From sequence record MH791414.1: a DNA stretch of 64,000 nt; one strand, 5' to 3'. The translations under genes were made by a program, and so were the position numbers. Position 1 is the stretch's first letter; every line of letters starts with the position of its first letter. Below are positions 32,035 to 43,295 of this stretch, piece by piece. Under the pieces are notes generated by a model, which saw only the letters and a list, made by a program, of their open reading frames with translations, had not been told where the DNA came from and did not search any database.

Positions 32035-32221
32035 GCACAAATTTGTGCTTGCAACGGCGGCATTTCATATCACAATTTTGGTTTAACCAACTAACTAATT
32101 GTACTTGTTCTGTTGAACAATTAGGACAAATAGGTTTCATAGAACTAATGGCTCGACGTCGTTCAACTAACTTTGAAATGTCTTCATCAAACTGAATTTC
32201 ATCAAAATGCATTTTATACAC
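32018..32221 (-). CDS. small Zn-ribbon protein
   Basis: CPNC and CRRC pairs. Confidence 0.65.
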   Translation of the reverse strand: MYKMHFDEIQFDEDISKLVERRRAISSMKPICPNCSTEQVQLVSWLNQNCDMKCRRCKHKFVLDSGV

Positions 32222-33299
32222 CCAAAAAAGAAAAAACGGTAAGAAGATTTTACCCTCTTACCGTACAAAGTCAACAATTATCTTTTCTTAGTTCTGATAT
32301 GATCCATCTGGCTAAATCTCTTCTATACTCACCGTATTTCCCAACGTACATAGTCTTATGCTTTCGCATCAACTTATAATACTCGTCGGGTTTCAGATGA
32401 CTACAAGATTTAATCGGGTATCCTAGAACACCAGAGTATTCAGGCCAAGTAACGAACGTCTTTTGTAAAACACCATAAATGGTGCCAACAAAAGATTTTG
32501 TTCTATCTGGCATGATAGAGTTTTGCCTTTTCTTCAAATCATAATAAACGTTAGAACAAAGACCCGCAGAATGTCTATAGTCACTAAAGTCATTCATTAA
32601 CGCAGTTTCTAGCGACTGAATTATAGCTTGCTTTATATTTTTCATTATTCCGACCTCTCTTAATGAGAGGGGAGCCCCATTCGACTCGCCCGGTAATTTA
32701 TACAACTACCGTTTTATTTAGGGTAGGAATATTCCTACAAGATTAACCACCGCGTCGAACATACCCCACACCACCCCAACCGGGAAGAATACAGCAGCAT
32801 AAAAACGATAATATGCCTCGGCTGGTTCACCGGGAAGATAGATCATTGTGTGTACGTTGTACAACCAGAAACCAAACCAAATAAAAAAGGGAATTACATG
32901 TTTAACTGCAATACGGACTATGAAATTGAAAATATTGACAATCCACATAATAATTCCCTCTCTTTTCCTCAGTATCTGATTAGATTATCTCAGGTTATGG
33001 TCTTTAAGTCAATAGGATTTTTTGATAAAAACATCATAAAGAACTTTAACCAAAACTACAGGCCACGCCAGAGTCCAGAACAAAAACGCGAAAACGTATC
33101 CAAGGATTCGAACTTTCTTAGGATCTACACCACAATCGATGCATTCTTGTTGGATACGTTCAAACTCTTTCTTCCCTTTCACCAAATAGTCTTTATCGGC
33201 GGGAGCTTTACCAGTAATGACCTTATCGAACTCAGCGAATGCAAAGACTGCGATTACAGCAAAAATTACAGCACCGATAACATAAATTGTATACATATT

Positions 33300-34271
33300 T
33301 TATTTTCCTTCAGTAATGATGATATCGCGATAATATTGATAGATATAGTTATTCCAGTATTCCATATCAACTTGTTCTGGCATACCGTTTTTTGCAGCTT
33401 CAAGAGCCGATGCTTCTGCAAGATCCATGATGTGTTCCAAGTACGGTTGAACCTCAGTATTGAAATCCAACTTACCTTGTTTTACATCCTTGATATATGA
33501 TGCATTTCGTAAAGGGAATTTGAGGTCACCTGTTGTATAGATTTCATAAAGCTGTTCTGCCCCACGAATCGCGTGACTCATCGCCTTCCAATCGATACCG
33601 GTAGAAGCCTTTTCAGCTCTCGCACCATACTCCGCTTTGATCTTCAAGATTTGTTCAACAAATTCAGAATAACGGATCCCAAAAAGATATTTACGACCAA
33701 GAACCTCATAATAGTAAACCAACTGGTGTGACGGGTCAACAAATTTCCCAGCAATCAAATTTTCACTTTGTGGCATACCAGAAACTAATGACCCAAGCCG
33801 GTCGTTTCCATATTCGGACACCGGACGATTCTCGATGAAGGATAACACAGAATTCAATTCTTGTAGCCTAGAACCCTTCACGCCGTATTTCGACGCCTGT
33901 TTACGTACATACCCTAGGTATGCTTGCATCTTTGTCGTATAGAAGCTTGTACGCTGTTCCCGAAGATGTTGAAATACAGGATCACAAGAGAGAATCATGT
34001 TTTCTGGCGCATGAAGCATATCGATAGCGGCGGTTTCACCCTTCGCAGCCATTTGGATAAATTTCTTAAGAGAAAAATATTCCCGGTCAATATCGTCAGA
34101 TGTGTTTGCTTTTCCTTTAGCCCCGGTATCTCGATGGTATACTTCTTTAGTACCCATAATGATCTGTTGTGGGGAAGGAATAAATACACCCTTATAATCG
34201 GTGTCACTCTCTGGTGTATCCGTACCATAAAGACGGGAACCAAAAACACATTCGTAAATTAGTCTACTCAT
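33300..34271 (-). CDS. nucleotidyltransferase, T4 NrdC.11/RlaP-like
   Basis: FGSRLYGT.TPESDTDYKGVF signature; DWKAMSHA. Confidence 0.85.
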   Translation of the reverse strand: MSRLIYECVFGSRLYGTDTPESDTDYKGVFIPSPQQIIMGTKEVYHRDTGAKGKANTSDDIDREYFSLKKFIQMAAKGETAAIDMLHAPENMILSCDPVFQHLREQRTSFYTTKMQAYLGYVRKQASKYGVKGSRLQELNSVLSFIENRPVSEYGNDRLGSLVSGMPQSENLIAGKFVDPSHQLVYYYEVLGRKYLFGIRYSEFVEQILKIKAEYGARAEKASTGIDWKAMSHAIRGAEQLYEIYTTGDLKFPLRNASYIKDVKQGKLDFNTEVQPYLEHIMDLAEASALEAAKNGMPEQVDMEYWNNYIYQYYRDIIITEGK

Positions 34272-35695
34272 TTGTCAATTTTATCCTTTGTAGATTTACG
34301 GAGCCGTCATAATCAACATATTCTACGTTGACTAATACGTGGTCCCCATTATCTTTAAATGAATGTACCTTAAAAGATAATTCATCTAGATTAAATCCAG
34401 TGGTTCTTGTAATACAATGCATAAAAACTGATTGCATCGTATTACCGCATTGTTGCCACGCCAATTTCATTTTCAACTCTCATCTTTAAACATATACCCA
34501 CCACAGGTGTCCATGAACCCACGAGTACCACGGTTTTTCCACTTCCGGAAACCTACACGAGTTACATCGAAATTGTGTGACCGTTGATTACGAATGATAG
34601 AAACGTCAGTCTTGTTTACATAAAATTTACATTTTCCACCACAAAACGTGACAAGTACACCACCAAATTCATCAAAATAAAGCTCATATTTTCCACCATA
34701 ATTGATAGCGGTATAACCTTTACTACCTGATGTAGTTCTAGACCACATTATGTGATTTGCAATTCGCTTTGCCATCACAAATGATACAAAAATATTTGCG
34801 TATACGTGATAAAATCCACGAGACCCATATTTACAACCATTGGCAGGGACCAGTCCCATATGTTGCATAATAGTAGAAAAAAGTTATATCTTTTTCATTT
34901 ATCCAATCCCCAATCTACCATATAACCTTGATTTTTTAGAAAATTATCAACCATAGAACATACCATATAAAGATTAGATACGTTTGTGGTTGGTGCAACA
35001 ATTTCAAAATCATTTATGGTTTCTGTGTGTTCGTTAAAACGGACTTTATGTGACGATTCAAGACTTCCCATTTCACAACGAAACGTATCTAAAAAATCAC
35101 GCCATGACTCACACTCATAATCATTTTCCAGAATTACAGAAAACCCTACACGATAATGATGATCTATTTTTACATTTGTCATAAAATCAAGAGGGTTCAT
35201 AAACCAACACCCCAATATATCGAGTTCCGCGCTCTGTATAATCTGATACCTCGTAACCGAATTCTTTCAAAAAATCGATGAACCCGTCAATCACATCCGG
35301 AGAAACACGATGCAGAATGTTTTGTGGGATATCAATATAATCTCTTACTGTATCGATGATATCTCGTGTACTAACAGGGACATCAATCATACTGTAACTT
35401 TCGATGATTTTTTGCTTGTAGCAAGCACAAAATACATCAGGGTAATACTGTGAAATATTTTTAAGCAAAACCTGATAATCAGCTTGACATTTAGCTTTCA
35501 ATTCGTTTGCATGTACCATAGTCATACATACCTCTCTTAACGCATCTTACGTTTCTTACTTTAAATTCTGACATGATCACATCATAGATTCGTGCTTTAC
35601 GACCATATTTCGCAATCAGCATTTCCAGTGAGATTTTCATATCAGAACTCCTTGTGTTTCGACAAAGAGAGTATCCCACATCGGGATACTCAGTG

Positions 35696-36451
35696 TCAAT
35701 TATTTTTTTGCAAAACAATACCAAAAGAGAAGGAATATGACCGGTCTGCCTCAACACAGTAGATATCAATGAATCCGTGTTCACTGTCGATAGTCACTGT
35801 GAATTTTTCCGACCCGTTATCTCTAACCATCTGGTCGTATGTCAATTCATCTTCGAAAAAATCCTTTCGCAGAACGGAATCATAAAATGTCATGGAGTTT
35901 CCATCACCGTCCCAACCATCCCATTCCTTAATAAGGTTTGTTTCATACCCTAATGTGTTTGTCTGCCAGACAAAAAATTCGAGGTCAGAAAGGATCCGGT
36001 TAATTTTACATTTAGTGATGTGGGTGTTGTCCAGTTGGTCCAGTTGGTCAACAAAATCCCAGAAGTTTTTGTCCATATATTGAACAAATTCTGTTGGGCT
36101 ACCACGGCTAGTATAACGATCCATGAAAATTTCTTTCAAAGCATTGTTTTCGTTTTCAGCCCAGATTGAATGACGTTCATCTACTTTCTTTTCTGGGTAA
36201 ACTAGATAGATATCAATCCCCTGATCCACCAGACCCTGAATTACTTCCGGATGGGTAGAAACAAAAAGAAAGTCTACTTCGTCCCGCTTAATCTCATCAA
36301 AAATAGCAGAAAGGTAGTTATCCGGAAATTGGTCTTTGTTGAATTCAGACGAATCCAGATCTTTTACTTTATATTGAACGAATTTATTGTTTTTCGTCAG
36401 AAAGGATTTCCCAGAACCGGGAAATGCACTATATACTTTAACTTTACTCAT
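35696..36451 (-). CDS. P-loop protein with additional C-terminal domain
   Basis: SAFPGSGKS Walker A at the N-terminus. Confidence 0.6.
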   Translation of the reverse strand: MSKVKVYSAFPGSGKSFLTKNNKFVQYKVKDLDSSEFNKDQFPDNYLSAIFDEIKRDEVDFLFVSTHPEVIQGLVDQGIDIYLVYPEKKVDERHSIWAENENNALKEIFMDRYTSRGSPTEFVQYMDKNFWDFVDQLDQLDNTHITKCKINRILSDLEFFVWQTNTLGYETNLIKEWDGWDGDGNSMTFYDSVLRKDFFEDELTYDQMVRDNGSEKFTVTIDSEHGFIDIYCVEADRSYSFSFGIVLQKNN

Positions 36452-36887
36452 CTTCCATCTCTCTGTTTCTAAAGGCTATAAAGCTCTCGATATAACCTTT
36501 AATGTTTTCCCGACCAATCGGGTTTTGTGTGTGATAATAAATGTGTTCCGGAAGTTCCAGATTATCATATTGCGCAATATCAATCAAATACTTAGCACAA
36601 GACAATCCATTATATTCTACACCATCTTCATCAAAATCCGCTAGATCATGGTCAAAGCTGATGTACTTCGGGATCCCGTTATTCCGGATCTCTTCTTTGA
36701 ACTCTGCGTAATTTCGAACGATTACCCATTGAATATCGTGATCGTAATTCATCCAAAACACATCAGACGGGGTTCTTTCGTCATCAATGAAAATACCCCG
36801 GAATTTTTTACTCAGGTGCTGATTGACTCGATACATCCCAATCAAAATGATGATCAAACCAATCATAGAGAGTACGTAACCAGTCAT
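36444..36887 (-). CDS. cyclic-phosphate-processing receiver-like domain protein with N-terminal TM helix
   Basis: FIDDER, ISFDHDL, HTQNP motifs. Confidence 0.7.
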   Translation of the reverse strand: MTGYVLSMIGLIIILIGMYRVNQHLSKKFRGIFIDDERTPSDVFWMNYDHDIQWVIVRNYAEFKEEIRNNGIPKYISFDHDLADFDEDGVEYNGLSCAKYLIDIAQYDNLELPEHIYYHTQNPIGRENIKGYIESFIAFRNREMEDE

Positions 36888-36903
36888 ATCAGTTATCCTT
36901 ATC

Positions 36904-37311
36904 CTACGGTCGAAATGCTTGTTTGGTAACTACCAACTCCCGGTCTCCGATAATATCAAAAACCTCTGTTGGGATAGCAGTTAGAACATCCACGAAAACG
37001 TGGGTTGCATCCGGAACTCGTTCGAGTGCTTCGACCAGTTGTTGCTTGAGTCCGTGCTGACCGTTAAACAACGCACCACCTTGAACAGATGAAACGCACA
37101 TTTCAAAAGTAAACGAGTCCGGGGAGATGAAATCGTTGATCCGAGAGAATGCGGCGTGTTCGTCCATCTCTTCTGTAATCACGATAATCGGGCTCACCAT
37201 AACTTGTTGGGCAGCTTTAGACAAAAGACGGGTGGTTTTGCCAGACCCAACAGTACCCATAATCAGTTCGTAAATCATTTTATTTTTCCTTTTGTTCGGT
37301 AGTCCAGCCAA
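36904..37311 (-). CDS. short P-loop protein
   Basis: GTVGSGKTT Walker A; FVD Walker B-like. Confidence 0.55.
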   Translation of the reverse strand: MAGLPNKRKNKMIYELIMGTVGSGKTTRLLSKAAQQVMVSPIIVITEEMDEHAAFSRINDFISPDSFTFEMCVSSVQGGALFNGQHGLKQQLVEALERVPDATHVFVDVLTAIPTEVFDIIGDRELVVTKQAFRP

Positions 37312-37786
37312 ATTTGGCAGCGGTTGCGCTAAGGCGGTAAAATCCTTCTTGATATTTGAAGGAACGTTTCATATCTTTGTCCGTGACACCCTTCAAGCGA
37401 CGGAGGTCACTATTATGGCGGAAGTCACACATTTTTACAAGACAAGCCATCCGGTTGGATTCGATACCTTGTAGATATTCCTCATAAACATCTGGATTAG
37501 TGTAATCCAAGCCATGTTTCTTAGTCAAGAAAACAATAGATTTTACAACTTCCGGGTCGAAACCGTATTCTAGTAGGTCTTCTTTGCACGAATGTTGAAC
37601 ATCTTCCAGATAGTCATGAAGAATCGCAACCTGCTTCAGCTGGTCTGAGGCTTTAGGACCTAACTTACGACATACTTCCATACAATGTTCAAAGTAAGGA
37701 CGACCACCTCGATCCAATACCGTAGCAAACGCATCAGCAGCCAAGCTATAAGCAATTGCGGTCATTTTTGCTTCATGATTTTTCAT
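37280..37786 (-). CDS. HD-domain hydrolase, SpoT-HD/Mesh1-like (small alarmone hydrolase candidate)
   Basis: PYFEH, ILHDYLED, LVKMCDFRHN. Confidence 0.8.
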   Translation of the reverse strand: MKNHEAKMTAIAYSLAADAFATVLDRGGRPYFEHCMEVCRKLGPKASDQLKQVAILHDYLEDVQHSCKEDLLEYGFDPEVVKSIVFLTKKHGLDYTNPDVYEEYLQGIESNRMACLVKMCDFRHNSDLRRLKGVTDKDMKRSFKYQEGFYRLSATAAKFGWTTEQKEK

Positions 37787-38250
37787 AATTTACATCTCCC
37801 ATTTAATAGTATGAAATGGCTTATTAATTCTCAGTTCTTCTTTTAAACTTGAGGGTAGTTCTTCACCATGTGTAATGTATTCCCTCAATGTAGGACCTTG
37901 CCCAAGCTTACCATAAAAAGGTCCACGACTAAAACAAGTACCAGCTTCTATCACGAGATATTCCCCGTTGTATCTACGGCTAATATAACGACCGGTAACC
38001 AATTCAGGAGAATACGTATTTGCTTGGTAAGTGACTCTCATAGATGACCTCGCATCAAACTGTAAATCCATATTATCAGTTTGGTGTTGGCTGGTCAACA
38101 ACTATTTTCATATCATGACCAATTCTTGCAGTCGGTCGGTTTAAATTACCCTCTACGTAATCATACATATTGGACTCGAATCGTTGTTTTTCCAGTTTAT
38201 CATGTGAAGCAGAAATAAAAAAGCACAACGCGATTGCAAAGAAAACAAAC

Positions 38251-39312
38251 TTACCCATTAAATTTTACCTCTCGTACTGCGGTTTCCCAGCTTACCCAAC
38301 CATATTTTAGGTCTTGGTAGGCAACCCTGTCCTTATAAAGTTGATCGATGCGTCGCTCACGTTCAAACATAATCAGACGACCTAGATCCTTCCCAGTAAC
38401 TTCTGGGAACGTCTCAGAAGTTACTGAACGATACGCCTTAACTTGCTCTGCGTCAACCATTCCTAGTTCCAAAGCGACTTTCAACATGGGGGTGTCCTGA
38501 TCACCACGACATTTCTTGATAAGCTCAAATTCCGAACCTTCAAAAAACCAGACATCAGCGAACATTTTAAATTCGTTGGGGATCTTGTATACCTTATCCA
38601 GATTTTTAAAATCATCTCTGGTTTCGCATACCGTACACAGAAAATATGGAAGTGTTGCATTATATGTGGAATTCCCACCATAATATTCCGTAAAACCGAA
38701 TGCTTCTAGCATATCACAATCGCGAATGAAATTATAGAACTGGTTGAAAGTTCCATCATCATGGATTTTACACAGCTCTTTAAACATACGCTCTCTGGGG
38801 AGATTGGAAAGAGCCCCAGACTTAACCATGGTTTCGATTTCCTTCATGGTATCGTCTTCAATTTCAAACTCATAACGACAAGCAAACCGGATCCCACGAA
38901 ATACACGAAGTGGGTCATCTCGGAATGCATTTACGTTTACCATACGGATTTTCTTGTTGATGAGGTCTTTAATTCCACCATACGGATCAATATAGCTTTT
39001 AGTTTCATCGTCGTATGCAATCGCGTTAATGGTAAAATCTCGACGATACAGATCCTCGATGATAGTTACATCCGGACCAAAAGCGACTTCAAAATCGTTG
39101 TAACCAGACCCGGTTGAAATTTCTGTACGGGCCATGGCTAGTTCTTCACCGTTGTGGAGTAGATACACCGGGAAGTGTTCGCCAACCTTTTCATACCCAC
39201 AAGAATCCATTTCTTCTACAGTGGAACCAACGATAACCCAATCCCGATCATGAACTTCACGACCTAGAATCGAATCCCGAACCGCACCACCAACCAAATA
39301 TACTTTACTCAT
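38251..39312 (-). CDS. cca: tRNA nucleotidyltransferase (CCA-adding enzyme)
   Basis: YLVGGAVRD, DRDWV, ARTE, EDLYRRDFTINA, FRDDPLRVFR, ER motifs. Confidence 0.93.
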   Translation of the reverse strand: MSKVYLVGGAVRDSILGREVHDRDWVIVGSTVEEMDSCGYEKVGEHFPVYLLHNGEELAMARTEISTGSGYNDFEVAFGPDVTIIEDLYRRDFTINAIAYDDETKSYIDPYGGIKDLINKKIRMVNVNAFRDDPLRVFRGIRFACRYEFEIEDDTMKEIETMVKSGALSNLPRERMFKELCKIHDDGTFNQFYNFIRDCDMLEAFGFTEYYGGNSTYNATLPYFLCTVCETRDDFKNLDKVYKIPNEFKMFADVWFFEGSEFELIKKCRGDQDTPMLKVALELGMVDAEQVKAYRSVTSETFPEVTGKDLGRLIMFERERRIDQLYKDRVAYQDLKYGWVSWETAVREVKFNG

Positions 39313-39953
39313 TTACCACCCCGCAAATTTTCCATGGTAGTCCTTAGAGACGAAATGATCTAAGTACCCTTTATGAGCTTTGATACTACCATCTTTTTTA
39401 TCTTCATACAAGGCTTTAGTCATCAAATCATAGAATTCATGACCGGATACAGTTTTACCCATTAAAAGGTAGTCGCTCGACGTCTCCGAAATATTCCATT
39501 GAGAGAACCAAGTCCTAGATTTTACTTCCGTGATTTCATAACCGGCTTTACCTAGTGCATTCAACACTTTTTGTGGTGTTGAACAAATCTTCTTGTACAT
39601 CTTCCATTCATTGTATGTGCCCATCAGAAGGGCGAATAAAAACAAACAGAGGATACCAATAGAAAATTTAACCAGTGGGTCAAGAAACATGGTTATACCT
39701 CTTTATTATCAAAATGGGCTCGAAGATCACACAAGGCGATATATGCTCCGCTATCAATCATCACAGATTCGTAATGCTTGAAATCGCAAGCATCATGAAG
39801 TTCTTTGAGGTCTCGATATACAGAGTAAAGAGAAAATATGTCGCTAAGAAACATATGTTTTACTGGGTAAGTTTCCCAATTAAAATCCTTCAGGGACTTC
39901 AACAGTTCATTAACTGTTTCGTATTTTACGCTTACGTTCATATCTATCTCCTA

Positions 39954-40181
39954 TTAGGCGCGGCGGGATTTCTTGACAACAACGGTAGTAGAAGGTTGTT
40001 CACCGCGACGGCCTTTGCGAGTCAGTACCATGGTTTCTTTCTTTCCGGAACTCGGTTGAACTTCGACAGTACGAGCCCAGCGTTTTTCGGAACCTTGACC
40101 GTTGTCGGTCATTTTACCGAAGGAAGCTTGACGAGCAGTAGCGCGGGAACCGAAGAACATTTGTACGTTAGTCATAGTCAT
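39954..40181 (-). CDS. small basic early protein
   Basis: First gene after a strong promoter; K/R rich. Confidence 0.7.
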   Translation of the reverse strand: MTMTNVQMFFGSRATARQASFGKMTDNGQGSEKRWARTVEVQPSSGKKETMVLTRKGRRGEQPSTTVVVKKSRRA

Positions 40182-40216
40182 TTCCTTTTTGGTTTGGGTT
40201 TTCTCTCTACGGGATT

Positions 40217-40245
40217 AGTATCTCAAAACAAGGATCTGTCGTCAA
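40217..40245 (-). promoter_or_regulatory. strong sigma70-like early promoter with UP element
   Basis: A-tract UP, TTGACG, 17 bp, TGA-GATACT. Confidence 0.75.
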
Positions 40246-40275
40246 CACTTTTTTTCAAAATAATTTTCCAAAAAC

Positions 40276-40302
40276 AAAAAAGCCCCAATAAAGGGGCTTT
40301 TT
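40276..40302. terminator. bidirectional intrinsic terminator
   Basis: AAAAAAGCCCC/GGGGCTTTTT. Confidence 0.8.
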
Positions 40303-40306
40303 AAGG

Positions 40307-40537
40307 TTAACTACGGACTTTCAGGGCTTTGCGTACTTGCTCACCACTCAGAACAACCCCGTTACCTACGTATTGAGATTCTTTGTCCTTAACAAACTTC
40401 AGGACGTTCAGAGCCTTTTTCACCTTTTTGTCCAGAGACAGAGCGAATTGAGATTCTTTCTGACCACGGAATACTTTCTTTTGCTTCTTAACAGCTTCTA
40501 CTTTCTTTTGACCTTTGGACATTTTTATTTCCCTCAT
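40307..40537 (-). CDS. small basic protein at the T4 30.9 position
   Basis: Lys-rich; directly downstream of rIII. Confidence 0.5.
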   Translation of the reverse strand: MREIKMSKGQKKVEAVKKQKKVFRGQKESQFALSLDKKVKKALNVLKFVKDKESQYVGNGVVLSGEQVRKALKVRS

Positions 40538-40821
40538 TTAGCCAGATTTGCAACACGAGCACGAATCATGCTCACAACACGCGGGTCCAGTTCTTTAGCG
40601 TACTTCAGAACATCAACACCATGTACACCCAGAGCTTGTTCGATATCAAATTTGATTGCATCGTAAGCCGGGTTGGTGTCTTGTACAGAGATTGCATCAA
40701 GGATGACGCTATAAACATCAATGGAAGCACCGGAGTTTTCGTGACCAGCGTTAAACAGCTGGCGTTGCATATTCAGGGAATCAGAGGTGATGATATGCAG
40801 ATCATTAAATTTCTTAGACAT
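40534..40821 (-). CDS. rIII: RIII lysis-inhibition accessory protein
   Basis: QR...NAGHENSGASIDV...LKYAK matches T4 RIII (QRNAWNNGHENYGASIDV...LKYAK); adjacent to gene 31 as in T4. Confidence 0.85.
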   Translation of the reverse strand: MSKKFNDLHIITSDSLNMQRQLFNAGHENSGASIDVYSVILDAISVQDTNPAYDAIKFDIEQALGVHGVDVLKYAKELDPRVVSMIRARVANLAK

Positions 40822-40826
40822 TCAAA

Positions 40827-41204
40827 TTATTCCTTATCGGTATGAGTATAAACAGAGCGAATCGCGTTGTAATGACAGGTAACATAAATAGTATCTTTTC
40901 CAGAGTCTTCCTTGAGTTCTTTTCGAACGACTCGTGGATCCCACATCTTTGCAAAATGACCAGAACTTGGCAAAGCAACCTCAGCACCAATCATATTATG
41001 AAAATCTTGTGGGCAATTACCACCTACAGAAACGATAATCCCATGAGTCGGGATACCACCCTGTTTAGTTTGTTGTGCGGTAGAAAGAACGATACCCAAT
41101 TCGGATTTTTCTTCTTCACCGGCACGTTTGGCTTCACACATCAAAACGATATGGTCGCCCATAGCTTGAAAGCCTAATTTTTCAGTATTAACTTCTTTGT
41201 ACAT
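40827..41204 (-). CDS. 31: co-chaperonin for GroEL (gp31)
   Basis: AMGDHIVL...AGEEE.SE.GIV...P..G...SVG...VTCHY aligns with T4 gp31. Confidence 0.9.
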   Translation of the reverse strand: MYKEVNTEKLGFQAMGDHIVLMCEAKRAGEEEKSELGIVLSTAQQTKQGGIPTHGIIVSVGGNCPQDFHNMIGAEVALPSSGHFAKMWDPRVVRKELKEDSGKDTIYVTCHYNAIRSVYTHTDKE

Positions 41205-41288
41205 TTTTCAAAATATCTCTTTTCAGAGTTATTGACCCGAGGCTTTCACAAGCAGTCCCCATTTACTTAATCAGTATACCATACGTTT

Positions 41289-41618
41289 TTAGGAAACTGA
41301 ATTAATAATATTTGCTAGGTTTTTATCACCAACAGAAACCAGATTTTGAATCTTAAAGGTACGGAACTCTTTGAGGTCTGTATCAAAGAATCTAACCACA
41401 TCAGGATTTTCCTTACGAGGTTTACTATCTGGCTTACCTTCAGTTGGTTGACCGGTCGATTCAACAATAACGTCAACATTCAAAGTAGCGTTGCTTGCTC
41501 GTATAGTGCCATCAACCTTGGTAAATACCAAGTGTACCACATCTTTAAGAACTTCTTTAATTTTTTCTTTCACTAAAGTGCGACTTTCTTCACTTAGTTC
41601 ATTATAACTTACTACCAT
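41289..41618 (-). CDS. WYL-like SH3-fold protein
   Basis: FTKVDGTIR...TL...FFDTDLKEFRTFK. Confidence 0.7.
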   Translation of the reverse strand: MVVSYNELSEESRTLVKEKIKEVLKDVVHLVFTKVDGTIRASNATLNVDVIVESTGQPTEGKPDSKPRKENPDVVRFFDTDLKEFRTFKIQNLVSVGDKNLANIINSVS

Positions 41619-41632
41619 TTCTATTCCAACTT

Positions 41633-42157
41633 TTATTTTTTGATCCGAGAAACCCGAACCTCATAATTAGAAAAATCAATCACATTTTCACACTGTTCAA
41701 CCTCGATACCTTGGTCTTCAAGTGTTTTTTCCCATCCATCCGGAGATTTACTATACCTAGTATGATAGATCACCTTTTTAATACCGGCTGCTGCCATATG
41801 TTTTGCACAGTTAGAGCATGGGCTTAGTGATGTGACAAGAGTTGCACCATCTACGGACTGCCCGGTCCGGGCTGCGTAAAGCAGTGCGTTCATCTCACTA
41901 TGTACCACGTGGGTATTTGCCCAATCGCTATAGTCGTTTTCATATTCTGGATAGAGACGAACCTTTCCCCGCTGGAAACCAGCCCACCCCATAGATCTTG
42001 CATGTTCATCAGGGTTAACCCCACCCGCACGTGTACCGTTATACCCGGTAGAGATAACACGACCATCTTTAACAATAACCGTCCCAACTTTGTGACTCGG
42101 ACATTTACTTTCATTGCTAACGGCTAGTGCCATCGTCATAAGTGTTTTTATTTTCAT
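41633..42157 (-). CDS. cd: dCMP deaminase
   Basis: STGYNG, HSEMNA, SPCSNC. Confidence 0.95.
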   Translation of the reverse strand: MKIKTLMTMALAVSNESKCPSHKVGTVIVKDGRVISTGYNGTRAGGVNPDEHARSMGWAGFQRGKVRLYPEYENDYSDWANTHVVHSEMNALLYAARTGQSVDGATLVTSLSPCSNCAKHMAAAGIKKVIYHTRYSKSPDGWEKTLEDQGIEVEQCENVIDFSNYEVRVSRIKK

Positions 42158-42731
42158 TAGTTAATAGCCTTTTCACCAGTTTTGAATTGTTGTCCATGAC
42201 AGTAATATACAACACCTTTATCAAGGTATAAAGTAAAAATCTGAAAAGGTTGTCCAAAAGAGTTTATTACAGCTATCTCATATGAGAATTCAGATGTTTT
42301 TGAATACCCAACCATACACCCCATCGGGATTCGTTCCTGAAAGGAATGAACAAAACGCATAACTTCGTTTTGAAATACTTCATTTTCCATTATATACCAC
42401 TCATTTCTTATACTGAATATTTTCTATTTTACGAATCGTGAGTGTAGACCCGATTTGTATCCGTCTTCGGATCTCAGTTTGTGATAACCGTTCATATATA
42501 TCTGGTCTAAACCATCTACGTTTTACTAAAACTCCATTTTGGATCGTTTCTTCCAAATATGGAACAAAGATATCAACTTCGTATTTTTTTGCTTCTTCCA
42601 TAGTATTGAAGACCAACGCTCTTGCACCATGGAATAAAAGATGAGTTCTTCCGGATTCATCCGAATAAGTTAATGCAAACATTTTATGTAACCTCCATAA
42701 AAATAATAACACAGATAAGATTCTATGTTAA

Positions 42732-43295
42732 TTATTTACATGTATCAGGAATTCCATATACTACCTGCATCGTTTTATTAAGCCCCTTCAAATCAACCAC
42801 AATCGTTTTTGGATGTAGGGCTGGTGTGACGTATTGGATACTAACATAAGATGCTTCTACAAGCTGTTTATAGCGCCCAGAGCAAGTATTCAACTCACTA
42901 TAATCAAATAGTTTAAGAGCAACCGACGCATCAGAATTTCTGATTGTGTCAGGAACAGACCGGGTATTGGAGTTTTGAGCTGTATAAGAATACTTCTCAT
43001 CTTGCACATACATTATGATCTGTTCTTTTGGGTGAAACTCATTTTTCATGACAGTAATATTCATGTAAAACGCTTTGTTTCTTTGGATTGCTCCAACATG
43101 TAGCATATATGGAATATCGATATCATGCTCTTTATCTGGGTGTGGCAAATATCCAACTAGATGTAGGGTCTTATTGGCAGCCTTATCAGAAATAACATGT
43201 TCTCTCCAAACTCGGTCTGTGTCAAGTACCTCTGCACACAAAGGGAATGACATTAGAATTAAGAGAAGTATAGTTTTCATTATCCATTCGCCCAA
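42732..43295 (-). CDS. exported/periplasmic protein
   Basis: Signal-peptide-like MKTILLLILMSFPLCA; paired Cys near the C-terminus. Confidence 0.55.
   Translation of the reverse strand: MGEWIMKTILLLILMSFPLCAEVLDTDRVWREHVISDKAANKTLHLVGYLPHPDKEHDIDIPYMLHVGAIQRNKAFYMNITVMKNEFHPKEQIIMYVQDEKYSYTAQNSNTRSVPDTIRNSDASVALKLFDYSELNTCSGRYKQLVEASYVSIQYVTPALHPKTIVVDLKGLNKTMQVVYGIPDTCK

Noticed and set aside
35187-35784. Adjacent ORFs sharing YPDV as tandem paralogs
   Set aside because: Similarity limited to one tetrapeptide
39675-40304. 209-aa plus-strand ORF
   Set aside because: Runs antisense across two well-supported genes, a promoter and a terminator; no family features
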